Assembly: GCA_021773335.1 (NCBI GenBank)
Contig: JAJFKG010000051.1
Location: 133,985 to 197,984, forward strand
Direction: 5' to 3'
Length of the DNA: 64,000 bases
DNA from: Gammaproteobacteria bacterium
GTDB lineage: Bacteria; Pseudomonadota; Gammaproteobacteria; JAJFKG01
Below, in pieces: positions 48,814-58,580 of this stretch. Numbering within the stretch: position 1 is the stretch's first letter; the number at the start of each line of letters is the position of its first letter. The notes under the pieces were generated by a model that searched no databases, was not told the DNA's origin, and was given only the letters and a program-made list of their open reading frames with translations. Made by a program: the position numbers and the translations under genes.

Positions 48814-50148
48814 TCAAGCAGGGTCAGTAAGCGGAAATTTTTCCAGTAAGTACAACGGGTAATTTGTAATATTGCCATCGCACTTTAAGTTCATTGGTGA
48901 TGTTCTTACAGCATGCTTGGGCTGGTACTTATTAATATAGACCAATAAGCTTTTCTTTTTAGAAGACGTACCCGCCTTGGTCTCAATAGGAATTAAGTTG
49001 TTTTTGACGGTCGTGATAAAATCGACTTCTGCTTGATTGCCACTGGTCCAATAATACAGGTGTTCCTGTCTGCTGTTCATTAGTTGCTGTGCTACGATAT
49101 TTTCAATAAGTGCCCCTTTAAACTCCGAAAATAAATGGCTTGTATTTAAAACGGCACTACTGTCTAAGTTTGACATTGCGCATAATAGGCCAGTATCAAG
49201 CAAGTAAAGCTTAAAGGCATTCTTATCACTATAAGCAGGTAATGGTAATTTGGGCGTGCTGATATCGTGGCAACGATACACGATGCCGGCGTCGACCAAC
49301 CATTGAATGGCAGCTTCGTATTCGCGTGCTCTGGCGCTGGGTTTTATCGCACTGAAGACAAACTTCTTATTTTCTTTGGCCAATTGCTGTGGGATTGAAT
49401 ACCAAATTTCAGTTAGTTTGGCAATTTGGTTGGCTTGCGCATGTTTGGCGAAATCAAACTCATAAGCTTTTACAATTTCAGCTTGTATCACGCGCACTGC
49501 CTGTAAATCACCTGTATCCCTATATACCTTGATTGCCTCTGGCATACCACCTATAAACGTATAAAGTCTAAATAACTCAAGCGCCTGTTCGTGAATGGCT
49601 GCGGGCAAGGGTGTAATTGAATCTGTAGATTGTAAATATTCAAGCAGTGGTGTTTTTTGCATTGCTTGCAGGAATTCAAAAAAACTCATGGGCAAGAGTT
49701 TAAGGAGTGTTACCTTACCAACGGGAAAACCATTCTGCTTACTGACTTTGAGTCCTAATAGCGAACCAGCGGCGGTGACAAAATATTGCTGACCCTTTTC
49801 ACAGAAGTATTTAAGGGATGTGAGCGCACGTGGGCATTCTTGTACTTCATCAAAAATAATTAACGTTTGTTTGGGATCTATCGTGATACTGAAGTAGGCA
49901 CTCAGTGAGCTAATAATGTTTTCAGGATCTAAGTTATTCTCGAATAAGCTATGAATATCACGATTTTCTTCAAAGTTAACCGTAATAAAATCGGAGAAAT
50001 GTTTTTTGCCAAACATCTCCAGCAAGTGAGTTTTGCCGACTTGCCTAGCTCCCAGTAGGACTAAAGGCTTACGGTTTTGTGTGTTTTTCCAGTTCTGTAA
50101 CTGTTTGATACAAAATCTATCCAAAATGGTCTCCCTAGTAGAACACAT
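48814..50148 (-). CDS. AAA+ ATPase, DUF4143-containing family
   Basis: Walker A GARQVGKTHLL, Walker B IIFDEVQ. AT-rich. The ORF-track start is GTG at 50178 inside a tandem repeat; ATG at 50148 (MCSTRE) is preferred. Confidence 0.7.
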   Translation of the reverse strand: MCSTRETILDRFCIKQLQNWKNTQNRKPLVLLGARQVGKTHLLEMFGKKHFSDFITVNFEENRDIHSLFENNLDPENIISSLSAYFSITIDPKQTLIIFDEVQECPRALTSLKYFCEKGQQYFVTAAGSLLGLKVSKQNGFPVGKVTLLKLLPMSFFEFLQAMQKTPLLEYLQSTDSITPLPAAIHEQALELFRLYTFIGGMPEAIKVYRDTGDLQAVRVIQAEIVKAYEFDFAKHAQANQIAKLTEIWYSIPQQLAKENKKFVFSAIKPSARAREYEAAIQWLVDAGIVYRCHDISTPKLPLPAYSDKNAFKLYLLDTGLLCAMSNLDSSAVLNTSHLFSEFKGALIENIVAQQLMNSRQEHLYYWTSGNQAEVDFITTVKNNLIPIETKAGTSSKKKSLLVYINKYQPKHAVRTSPMNLKCDGNITNYPLYLLEKFPLTDPA

Positions 50149-50236
50149 TATTCGTATGAATAAGGTGGAGTATATCACATTATTCCTATGAATAATGTGG
50201 GGAATATCACGTTATTCATACAAATAATGTGATTTT
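50146..50236. repeat. three tandem imperfect repeats of about 32 bp (attattcNtatgaataaNgtggNgNatatcac) at the 5' end / promoter of the AAA ATPase gene
   Basis: Units at 50146-50178, 50179-50210 and 50211-50236 (partial). Seen directly in the sequence. Confidence 0.55.
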
Positions 50237-50460
50237 GAGTTTAATAACTTATGTTAATCATATGGTTATGTAAAATTGGTCGTAGGCTGGAAAGTGTAAG
50301 CCGTAGAGAGAGATATTTGTCTGCAGATTGTGGGAGATGCCTTATCTGTGTTTAACCCTAGACAGTTTATAAGCCAATTCATGGACAAATAGATACAAAA
50401 AACAACCAGTTGCTATACTTTTGAATACCGATTGTTTAATCATTAATCACGGACGAATCG

Positions 50461-51675
50461 ATGCGGGTGCTTTTTCTTCATAATAACTTTCCGGCGCAAT
50501 ACCGCGCGTTGGCGCCTTATGTCGGCTCGATGCCAGACAATGAAGTTTACTTTGGCACTATGAATTCTAAAGGTGAGCTGCAAAATGTGAAAAAGGTGTA
50601 TTACAAATTGCACCGTAAAGTGAACCCACAAACCCATCATTATTTACAAAATGCTGAAAATGCTGTGTTACATGGGCAAGCGGTGTATCGTATGGCGCAA
50701 AGCTTGAAACGTCGTGGCTTTTATCCGGATATTGTGTGCGCGCATTCAGGTTGGGGGCCGCCGCACTTTATTAAAGATGTTTATCCGCATACGAAATTAT
50801 TAGCCTATTTCGAATGGTATTATCGTGCAACTGGCAGTGACTATAATTTTTTGCCGAATGATCCAAATGATGAAGATGGACGTCTCAAATTACGCATGAA
50901 AAACGTCGCTTTGCAGATGGATATGGTTGGATGCGACCACGGTGTGTGCCCGACCCAGTGGCAGTGGTCACAAATCCCAGAGATGTTTCAAGAGAAAATT
51001 TCAGTGATACACGATGGTATTGATACGGACCTGATGCAACCTGCCGCTAATGTTAGCTTTACGGTACCAAATACCAATATAACCTTAACACAAAATGATG
51101 AGGTGTTAACTTATGTGGCACGCGGTATGGAACCGTACCGTGGCTTTCCACAACTGATGCAAGCTCTAGCCGTGTTGCAAAAGCGTCGTCCTAATTTACA
51201 GGTGATTATTGCTGGGCAAGACCGCGTTGCTTATGGGCGCTCTTTGCCGGAGAAACAAACGTATAAACAAAAATATTTAAAAGAACTTGACCTGGATTTA
51301 TCACGCATCCACTTTACTGGTTTGTTGAGCTACCGACAATTAGCACAAGCCTTTCAAGTGTCTTCGTTACACTTATATTTAACGGTGCCCTTTGTGTTGT
51401 CTTGGTCAATGTTAGAGGCGATGGCGGCTGGCTGTGTTGTGTTGGGTTCAGCGACTGCGCCCGTAGAAGAAATGATTGAAGATGGTAAGAATGGTTTTCT
51501 CGTCGATTTTTTCTCAGTCGATGATATTGTTGTGCGCGCTGAAGATATTCTCACAAATCAAGACAAAATGCAGGACATCCGTAAGCGCGCTCGCCAATCT
51601 ATTCTAGATAACTATGCTCTCGATAAGATGCTAGCAAAGCATTATCAGTTGATGCAGGATGTTATTAATAGTTAG
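50461..51675 (+). CDS. glycosyltransferase, GT-B fold (family 1/4-like)
   Basis: 404 aa. Motif EAMAAGCVVLGS in the C-terminal donor-binding region. Confidence 0.75.
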   Translation: MRVLFLHNNFPAQYRALAPYVGSMPDNEVYFGTMNSKGELQNVKKVYYKLHRKVNPQTHHYLQNAENAVLHGQAVYRMAQSLKRRGFYPDIVCAHSGWGPPHFIKDVYPHTKLLAYFEWYYRATGSDYNFLPNDPNDEDGRLKLRMKNVALQMDMVGCDHGVCPTQWQWSQIPEMFQEKISVIHDGIDTDLMQPAANVSFTVPNTNITLTQNDEVLTYVARGMEPYRGFPQLMQALAVLQKRRPNLQVIIAGQDRVAYGRSLPEKQTYKQKYLKELDLDLSRIHFTGLLSYRQLAQAFQVSSLHLYLTVPFVLSWSMLEAMAAGCVVLGSATAPVEEMIEDGKNGFLVDFFSVDDIVVRAEDILTNQDKMQDIRKRARQSILDNYALDKMLAKHYQLMQDVINS

Positions 51676-52082
51676 CCATCGACGGGGCGGGGTTTGCCTT
51701 TTTTATCAATCGCGACAAACGTAAAAATACCTTCAGTGACTTTTGCAGGCTCGGCGGTATGTTTACTATTGCCTTGATTGATGGCCCAAGCTTCGATTTT
51801 GATCGCCATTGAGGTGTTGCCCACGCGGACGATTTCAGCATAACAACGTACGAGATCGCCGACTTGCACCGGGCGTAGAAATGACATCGCATCGATGGCC
51901 ACTGTGGCAGAACGCCCTGGTGAACGCTTACGTGCCATGATCGTGGCACCGAGATCCATTTGCGAGACTAACCAACCACCAAAGATGTCACCATTAGGAT
52001 TGGTGTCAACCGGCATAGCGAGTGTGCTAATCACGAGTTCGCCACTGGGTTGTTGTTCGCTTGGTTTATCTTTATTTGGCAT
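51672..52082 (-). CDS. yciA: acyl-CoA thioesterase, hotdog fold (YciA-like)
   Basis: Collinear with E. coli YciA (LAMPVDTNPNGDIFGGWL…FLRPVQVGDLV…). Confidence 0.8.
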   Translation of the reverse strand: MPNKDKPSEQQPSGELVISTLAMPVDTNPNGDIFGGWLVSQMDLGATIMARKRSPGRSATVAIDAMSFLRPVQVGDLVRCYAEIVRVGNTSMAIKIEAWAINQGNSKHTAEPAKVTEGIFTFVAIDKKGKPRPVDG

Positions 52083-52148
52083 AACTACTTACCTTAATAT
52101 ATGTTTAGTAGGCGTTAGTAACAGTATAGTAGTTTGTTAGAGAAATGA

Positions 52149-52721
52149 TCAGTAGCCACCTTTTTTGCCGGTACCCAGGAAAACAAAATCCCAGCTTACG
52201 CTAAATGGTTTCCACCAAGGGCCTACACCCGTGGCTTTGTCTTTATGATGGAAGAAGCCATTATAGGAGGGGGGTTCGATGTTATAAGTCAGGCGATATT
52301 TGCCAACACCATCGAACTTCACATTTGCGCCATAGTGTGGGCCATCATTGGCAACCATAGGCATGAATGAGCCAGTAGCTTCCCATTGTGGTAAGCCTTG
52401 TGCATTCAAGAACTCTTTGCCATTTTTATCCAGCTTAACGATATGGTATGCGATTTTCAAATAAGGGATCCATTCGCCCACACCGAATCCATTAGGGTTA
52501 TTCTTTAAGGCATGGATATCTGCTTCTAAGTGTGCGTCAGGATTTTTGGGAAAGGTTTTCAAGGTTGGCATCATTACTACAGGTTGCAGGTAAACGGCAC
52601 CAATTTCCATACCATTTTTTTCCACCGCTTGGCCAATCGGGTGCTCTGCTGCATTTACTCTTTGTGTAAAACACAGTAAAAGTACAATTGTTGCTAGTAA
52701 TCCAAGGGTTTTTTTACGCAT
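52149..52721 (-). CDS. P19/FtrA-type periplasmic iron (Cu-dependent) transport protein
   Basis: Start re-picked to ATG 52721 (MRKKTLGLLATIVLLLCF signal peptide). Body matches the Campylobacter P19 / Bordetella FtrA family. Confidence 0.8.
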   Translation of the reverse strand: MRKKTLGLLATIVLLLCFTQRVNAAEHPIGQAVEKNGMEIGAVYLQPVVMMPTLKTFPKNPDAHLEADIHALKNNPNGFGVGEWIPYLKIAYHIVKLDKNGKEFLNAQGLPQWEATGSFMPMVANDGPHYGANVKFDGVGKYRLTYNIEPPSYNGFFHHKDKATGVGPWWKPFSVSWDFVFLGTGKKGGY

Positions 52722-52744
52722 TTTGTTCTCCAAGCTAATTAAAT

Positions 52745-54241
52745 TTAATGTAAAACGACGAGGGCGTGGCGATAATTTTCTAAGAGAGAAAAGTTCACGC
52801 CAAAGATTGCGGGCCACCAGGCTAGAGCGACTAATGCACTGCCAACGATGCCAGGCAATGCACATAGATGGCGGCGTATGCCCGCTAAGCCTTGTTCTTT
52901 TAATAAGGCGTAACCTAAATAAACACTCCAAATGACGGCAGCGAGTAATAATATACCTTTGCTATAGCCCAATAACGTATTGCTAACACCCCAGGAGTGT
53001 ATGGCGCTAAAGAGTAAATCACCCAGGCTAATGATGATAGAAATCATGGCCACCGGCGTGAATTGGTAAGCCAATTCAATAAAACGTTGTTTAAACGTAC
53101 CTTGCGCACCACAACGTGTTGTTAACCAAGAAGCGAGTGCTGTACACGCACTTAACGTGATGACAGCTAATAACATCCATGCCAGCATAAAACCAACAAT
53201 CATGAAGAAGTTCAACCAATTATAGACCTGCCGTTGCTCGGGGTGGACACTCATCAGCCAGTGAGGGCCTGGATTGCCGACCCAATACCAACCTTGATTA
53301 ATAAACCATACGCCAACAGTCTGTTGTAGGGTTTGAAACTGCGGCATGATCAACCATAAGAAACCACCTAAGGCGACGCCGGTGCTTAAAAATAAAAACC
53401 ATACTTCAGCGCTATTGGCATTGTGTTTACGAATTTTAATCACTTCTTCGCCCGGTTTGCGAAAACGCACAAATAAGCCACCGGGTGAACTTGGTTTTAC
53501 ACAGCGAAAACACTCAATACAATGGCGTGATTCTTGTTTTTGGCTTACAGCAATCATCGTCGGACAAATACCATGCTCGGTATATGTATCATTGCCAGGA
53601 CGGCGGTGTTTAGGGGCAAACTGTACGGCACCAATGCGTGAGAATACACCGAGTAACAAGCCAATTGGGCACATATGCCGACACCACGCGCGTTTTTTCT
53701 TGCCATACACAAAGCCAATGAACAGAGCGAACAATAAAGTTAAGCCGAATATTTCTGTCATTGCGCTTGCTTGATCACGCACATCTACGGTTTGCCCGAG
53801 AATAGTCACGATAATAAAGCTGACAATCGGCGTACCCTCCCAGCGTACCCAACGTGGAATAGTCCGCTGTAGGCCGACTTTATTGGCCCATTCAGAGGCG
53901 GCACCTAATGGACATAATAAGCCACACCAACTGCGCCCGGAAAAGATCACTGAAACAAATACCAAAGGAAACCAAACGCCCCACATGATAAACAAAGAAA
54001 ATTCGGTAAAGTTATTTAAAGGGGAAGCACCGTGCATAGGTTCTGGCAGAAATGGCGGAATGAATAATACCACGAGAAAAAATATAAACATCGCCATATG
54101 CACCAAGGCCAATTTATTTTTATGGCGATAGATGAATTTCTCAAGCTTTGCGGCGAAGCCATTTTGATTGCGTGTTTGGTAGTCTGGATTTGCTTCTACG
54201 CGTACGGGAATTTGGCGTAGTGCTTGCTGTGCTTTTATCAT
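52745..54241 (-). CDS. membrane-bound polyferredoxin (NapH/MauN-like; FtrD-like)
   Basis: 498 aa, multiple TM helices. Cys clusters CGLLCPLG, CRHMCPIG and CIECFRC. Confidence 0.7.
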   Translation of the reverse strand: MIKAQQALRQIPVRVEANPDYQTRNQNGFAAKLEKFIYRHKNKLALVHMAMFIFFLVVLFIPPFLPEPMHGASPLNNFTEFSLFIMWGVWFPLVFVSVIFSGRSWCGLLCPLGAASEWANKVGLQRTIPRWVRWEGTPIVSFIIVTILGQTVDVRDQASAMTEIFGLTLLFALFIGFVYGKKKRAWCRHMCPIGLLLGVFSRIGAVQFAPKHRRPGNDTYTEHGICPTMIAVSQKQESRHCIECFRCVKPSSPGGLFVRFRKPGEEVIKIRKHNANSAEVWFLFLSTGVALGGFLWLIMPQFQTLQQTVGVWFINQGWYWVGNPGPHWLMSVHPEQRQVYNWLNFFMIVGFMLAWMLLAVITLSACTALASWLTTRCGAQGTFKQRFIELAYQFTPVAMISIIISLGDLLFSAIHSWGVSNTLLGYSKGILLLAAVIWSVYLGYALLKEQGLAGIRRHLCALPGIVGSALVALAWWPAIFGVNFSLLENYRHALVVLH

Positions 54242-54249
54242 TACTGATT

Positions 54250-55485
54250 TTACCGTGATGTACTAATTTCATTAAACTCCGCTGTGCGCATACGTCGTTT
54301 ATCAAGACCGCTGTAAACGAGCCAGCCAAATAAGGACAAGCCCAAAAATATTGCTTGTGCACCTGCGCTCTCGGCGGTTGAAAAAATTCCCAGCCATGGC
54401 AATTGCGGTATCCAAGTCACCGGCGTAATGGCTATCCAGCCTGCTTCCTGCAATTCTAAGATGCCGCCGCCAATGAAGAAAAAGGCCATATAAAATAAGA
54501 AGATTGCCGTGACTGAAAAGAAAAATTTAAAGGGAATTTTAAAAGAGGCGCTCTTCATGGCCCAATATATAAAGAATAAAGCGATACAAGCTGTGATAAA
54601 ACCACTGATCAATGCGATGGATTGTCCGTGACTACCAATCGCGAGGGCTTGATAAAACAAGATGGTTTCCGCGCCTTCACGATACACGGCAAGAAATGCG
54701 GCTAATCCTAACGCGAATAGGCTGCCACGCGTGAGAGCACTATCCATTTTTGATTTGATATAACCTTGCCAGCGTGAAGCTTCACGTTTGGAAAATAGCC
54801 AATAACTGACATAAAAGAGTACTGCAGCGGCAACTAACATAGTGATTCCTTCCATCGCTTCACGATTGGCACCAGCCGCTTTGAAGGCGGTTGCAAATAA
54901 ATAGGCGGTAACTGCACTGGCTGCTAAGGCAAAACCCACACCGTAATAAATCACTTTAGCTTTATCGCCAGCATTTGCGCGTCGCAAGTAAGTGAGCAGG
55001 GCAGTAATAATCAGCATTGCTTCGAAACCTTCACGTACTAAAATAATAAAAGATTGTGCGAATGCCTCACCAAATGTGCTCGCGCTATTACTTTGTAACA
55101 TCGCCAAGTCATCGTTGAGGCGGACTTGTAATTTTTGCCAAGCTTTTTGAATTTGTACTTTGTTGGCGTTGCTGCTTGATAAGCCGATCAGCTGGGTAAA
55201 TAGGGCTTCAGTTTTGGTATTGATGGATGGCGAGATGGCTGTGACTGCGAGTTCCATGCCTTCACCTTCGTAATGATCGAAGTATAAGCCGGAAAATCCA
55301 TCCATCGCCTGCATGCCATTTTTTGCGGCGTAATCTTTGACTATGGAATTACCCTTATCGTTGATAGTAGTAACGGTTTTGTGAAAATCTGTTGGTTTAG
55401 GTGTTGTATTAACAGTTGCCGCGAGCACGACACTGAAGGCAAATAGACAGCTGATAACAAGTAAAATCTTCGTTATATTTTTCAT
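54250..55485 (-). CDS. FTR1-family high-affinity Fe2+ permease with an N-terminal periplasmic extension of about 140 aa
   Basis: Two RExxE motifs (REGFEA, REGAET) in TM helices. Signal peptide. Confidence 0.8.
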   Translation of the reverse strand: MKNITKILLVISCLFAFSVVLAATVNTTPKPTDFHKTVTTINDKGNSIVKDYAAKNGMQAMDGFSGLYFDHYEGEGMELAVTAISPSINTKTEALFTQLIGLSSSNANKVQIQKAWQKLQVRLNDDLAMLQSNSASTFGEAFAQSFIILVREGFEAMLIITALLTYLRRANAGDKAKVIYYGVGFALAASAVTAYLFATAFKAAGANREAMEGITMLVAAAVLFYVSYWLFSKREASRWQGYIKSKMDSALTRGSLFALGLAAFLAVYREGAETILFYQALAIGSHGQSIALISGFITACIALFFIYWAMKSASFKIPFKFFFSVTAIFLFYMAFFFIGGGILELQEAGWIAITPVTWIPQLPWLGIFSTAESAGAQAIFLGLSLFGWLVYSGLDKRRMRTAEFNEISTSR

Positions 55486-55492
55486 TACGGAT

Positions 55493-55990
55493 TTATCCTA
55501 CGTTGTAAACTTGTTTTTTCACTTTGGCTTTATTAAGAGCGAGCGCTTCTTTTTGAATCGCCTGACATAACTTGCTTGTCATTTTGGTAACTTGCTGTTT
55601 TTGTGCTGATGAAGGATTAGCGCTCATCGCTTTAGGAATAGCACTAAATTGCTGCTCGATTTGGAAAACATGCGGCCCACCCAACACGGTGCGTACCGCT
55701 GGTTCCATATTGGTGTCGTAAACTTTGAAATAAGCCATCACCGCGGTTAAATGCGCTTTACCAATTTGACCTTGTTGATAGAGTTGAGATGCTTGAGCGA
55801 GCGCTTGGCACACTTTGTCTGCTTCCGGACCCCAGACGCCGCCAGTCTTGCTGGGCTTTTGGTTCAATGTCGTTTTTTGATTAGTTTGTGTTTTAATGGG
55901 GGCTGCTTTTGTGTTTCCCTGGGCAGCAAAAGCCGGCACTATGCTCAAATAGAGACAGCTTGCCAATGCAATAAATGCTATTTTTTTCAT
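55493..55990 (-). CDS. secreted/periplasmic helical protein (165 aa), first gene of the Ftr-like operon, function unknown
   Basis: Signal peptide MKKIAFIALASCLYLSIVPAFA, two Cys. Not a cupredoxin by motif. Confidence 0.5.
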   Translation of the reverse strand: MKKIAFIALASCLYLSIVPAFAAQGNTKAAPIKTQTNQKTTLNQKPSKTGGVWGPEADKVCQALAQASQLYQQGQIGKAHLTAVMAYFKVYDTNMEPAVRTVLGGPHVFQIEQQFSAIPKAMSANPSSAQKQQVTKMTSKLCQAIQKEALALNKAKVKKQVYNVG

Positions 55991-56097
55991 AGAGTTAGGC
56001 TCCGAAACGCGGTTTGATTCTGTATACCTTACATAGTAGGGAGCCTAGTCTAGTGTAAATCTAAATAAGAATCAATCTCAATTAATTGCTAAGTGAT

Positions 56098-57258
56098 CTA
56101 AGTCAATAGGACTTTGCTTAAAATTTGGCAAATCTGGTCGGCATGGGGTTGATCTAAAATGAGAGCTGGTAATAAGCGGATAACACGCTCACCCGCCGTA
56201 TTGAATAATAAGCCTTGTTCTAAGGCGGCCTCCATATAAGGACGGCAGGCTTGTTTACATTCAATGCCAAGTATTAAGCCTTTGCCGCGGATGTCGATAA
56301 CGGTGTCATGTTCAGCGAGTTGGTCGCGCAATTGCGCTTGTAGGTATGTACCTATTTTTGTGGCATTCGCGATCAAATTTTCTTGCTCTAACACATCCAG
56401 TGTCGCTAGCGCGGCACGACAAGCTAAAGGATTACCACCAAAAGTAGAGCCATGTTTACCCGGCTGCAATAAATCGCGCAGCTTTTCGCCAGCAATCGTT
56501 GCGCCAATTGGTATGCCATTGGCGAGTGCTTTTGCTAAAGTGACAATATCTGGCGTGATAGCACTATGTTGATACGCCATAAATTTACCTGTGCGTCCCA
56601 TGCCGGTTTGGATTTCATCGAGCATGAGTAACCAATCATTTTGATCACATAGCTCGCGCACTGCAGTTAAATACCCTTCATCAGGCACTTGTATGCCACC
56701 ACCACCTTGAATAGGCTCAAGCCACACGCCAATAATATTTTTTTCGTGTACGGCAATTTGTTGTAATGCTTCAATGTCGTTGAATGGGGCGCGAATAAAA
56801 CCTTTGACTAAAGGTTCAAAGCCAGCTTGGTTAGCGCGTCCAGCGGAGGCGGTGAGAGTTGCTAAGGTGCGTCCATGAAATGCACGTTCCATCACGATAA
56901 TGGTAGGTTCCTCAATGCCACGTTGGTGACCATATAAACGCGCCAATTTAATCGCTGCTTCATTTGCTTCAGCACCACTATTGCTAAAGAAGACTTGTTG
57001 TAACTGAGTTAGAGAAACAAGCTTATCAGCAAGTTGTTCCTGTTGCTCAATGTGGCAAACGTTAGAGGGTTGTACGAGTTGGGTGACTTGTTGGCAAATT
57101 GCGTTGGCAACGGTTGGATGACAATGCCCCAGGTTGCAAACAGCAATGCCAGCAAGTGCATCTAAGTATTGTTTTTCCTGGGAATCCCATAAGTGCAGAC
57201 CCGCTCCGCGAGTGAAGGTAACGGGCAAACGTTTATAGGTGGGCATCAAGCTTGTCAT
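56098..57258 (-). CDS. argD: acetylornithine aminotransferase (class III aminotransferase)
   Basis: Collinear with ArgD (…GIAVCNLGHCHP…, DEIQTGMGRTG). Start at ATG 57258. Confidence 0.8.
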   Translation of the reverse strand: MTSLMPTYKRLPVTFTRGAGLHLWDSQEKQYLDALAGIAVCNLGHCHPTVANAICQQVTQLVQPSNVCHIEQQEQLADKLVSLTQLQQVFFSNSGAEANEAAIKLARLYGHQRGIEEPTIIVMERAFHGRTLATLTASAGRANQAGFEPLVKGFIRAPFNDIEALQQIAVHEKNIIGVWLEPIQGGGGIQVPDEGYLTAVRELCDQNDWLLMLDEIQTGMGRTGKFMAYQHSAITPDIVTLAKALANGIPIGATIAGEKLRDLLQPGKHGSTFGGNPLACRAALATLDVLEQENLIANATKIGTYLQAQLRDQLAEHDTVIDIRGKGLILGIECKQACRPYMEAALEQGLLFNTAGERVIRLLPALILDQPHADQICQILSKVLLT

Positions 57259-57352
57259 TAAGTTTATTCCTAGGTGGATTCGAATGTAGGTTAGTGCTGT
57301 GTCCTGCATTTATGCGGGACACAGCCCAACACTCACATCTTAAGTATTACGT

Positions 57353-57931
57353 CTAACCTGCAAAATTACTTGCAACAAAATCCCAATTCACCAAATTCCA
57401 AAATGCTTCAATGTACTTGGGGCGGGCATTGCGATAATCGATGTAATACGCATGTTCCCAAACATCGCAAGTCAATAGTGGCGTTTGGCCATCACGTAAT
57501 GGATTGTTAGCATTACTACTGCTGACAATGGCCAACTTGTTATTAGCTTTGACTAGCCAAGCCCAACCAGAGCCAAAGGTGGTTGCCGCGACCTTACTAA
57601 ATTCTTCACGAAACGCGGCAAAGTTACCAAAAGCAGCATTGATTGCTGCTGCGAGATCACCACTAGGTTCACCGCCACCGTCGGAGCTGAGGCAATGCCA
57701 GTAAAAGGTATGATTCCAAACTTGTGCGGCGTTATTGAAAATACCACCATCGGCCTTTTTAATGATATCTTCTAGGGCTAAGCCCTCGTACTTGGAGCTA
57801 GGAACTAGATTATTTAGATTGGTGACATAGGCTTGGTGGTGTTTGCCATAATGATATTCTAGGGTTTCTTTAGAAATATGGGGTTCTAGAGCATTTAGCG
57901 CGTAAGGTAATTTCGGTAATTCAAAGGTCAT
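57353..57931 (-). CDS. sodB: superoxide dismutase [Fe]
   Basis: 192 aa. N-terminus [32 protein letters not shown]. Motif DVWEHAYY. Confidence 0.9.
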   Translation of the reverse strand: MTFELPKLPYALNALEPHISKETLEYHYGKHHQAYVTNLNNLVPSSKYEGLALEDIIKKADGGIFNNAAQVWNHTFYWHCLSSDGGGEPSGDLAAAINAAFGNFAAFREEFSKVAATTFGSGWAWLVKANNKLAIVSSSNANNPLRDGQTPLLTCDVWEHAYYIDYRNARPKYIEAFWNLVNWDFVASNFAG

Positions 57932-57967
57932 GTTAAGTCTCCTAATCGGTCTTTATTGAGCTTGGCT

Positions 57968-58139
57968 ATTATCCTAAAATCCGCAGTTGGCCAGCGATTA
58001 ATAGCGTAAGGCCTTAATTCATCTAGCTAGTTAAAAATTGTCTCATCACCAGTGAGGTGACCACGAAAATTTTTAATACGCTATCTGAAACAATTCCTTA
58101 CACCCTTAACCCGCGTCCAACTGCGGATTCTAGGATTAT
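57968..58139. repeat. 23-bp inverted-repeat pair (21/23 match) bracketing about 126 bp in the sodB/grxD divergent intergenic region
   Basis: attatcctaaaatccgcagttgg (57968-57990) versus ccaactgcggattctaggattat (58117-58139). Confidence 0.5.
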
Positions 58140-58237
58140 CCTTAATACACAACAATACAGCAATGCTCAGTTTTCTGATAAAATCAGCGCGCAAATTAGG
58201 TTATAGATGGCGACAAGAAGAGAATGATGAGGTATTT

Positions 58238-58552
58238 ATGCAAACGTTAGATAAAATTAAGCAGCAAATCGGTGATAACCGTATCATGTTGTACATGAAA
58301 GGAACACCTGAGATGCCGCAATGTGGATTTTCTGCACAAGTGGTACGTATTTTAATGGCTTGTGGTGAAAAATTTGCATATGTGGATATTTTGGAAAACC
58401 CTGATATCCGCCAGGAGTTGCCAAAGTTTGCAAATTGGCCGACTTTTCCTCAGCTATATGTTGATGGTGAATTGGTAGGTGGCTGTGACATTGTAACAGA
58501 GCTCTATGAAAAGGGTGAATTGCAGACGTTAGTTAAACAGACAGCCAAATAG
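58238..58552 (+). CDS. grxD: monothiol glutaredoxin Grx4
   Basis: CGFS active site (PQCGFSAQV). Start re-picked to ATG 58238 (MQTLDKIKQQI). Confidence 0.85.
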   Translation: MQTLDKIKQQIGDNRIMLYMKGTPEMPQCGFSAQVVRILMACGEKFAYVDILENPDIRQELPKFANWPTFPQLYVDGELVGGCDIVTELYEKGELQTLVKQTAK

Positions 58553-58580
58553 GAAAAAGACTTAATAAAGGAGTACAAGG

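Noticed and set aside
50251-50275. Shared 13-mer aatcatatggtta in two AT-rich promoter regions (also at 63441-63470)
   Set aside because: A 13-mer match is within chance expectation for 64 kb of AT-rich sequence. Not treated as a motif.
52722-52931. Long N-terminal extension of the P19 ORF (starting MECLFRL…)
   Set aside because: A conserved signal-peptide start (MRKKTLG) lies at 52721, and the extension overlaps the 3' end of the polyferredoxin gene. Extended model rejected.
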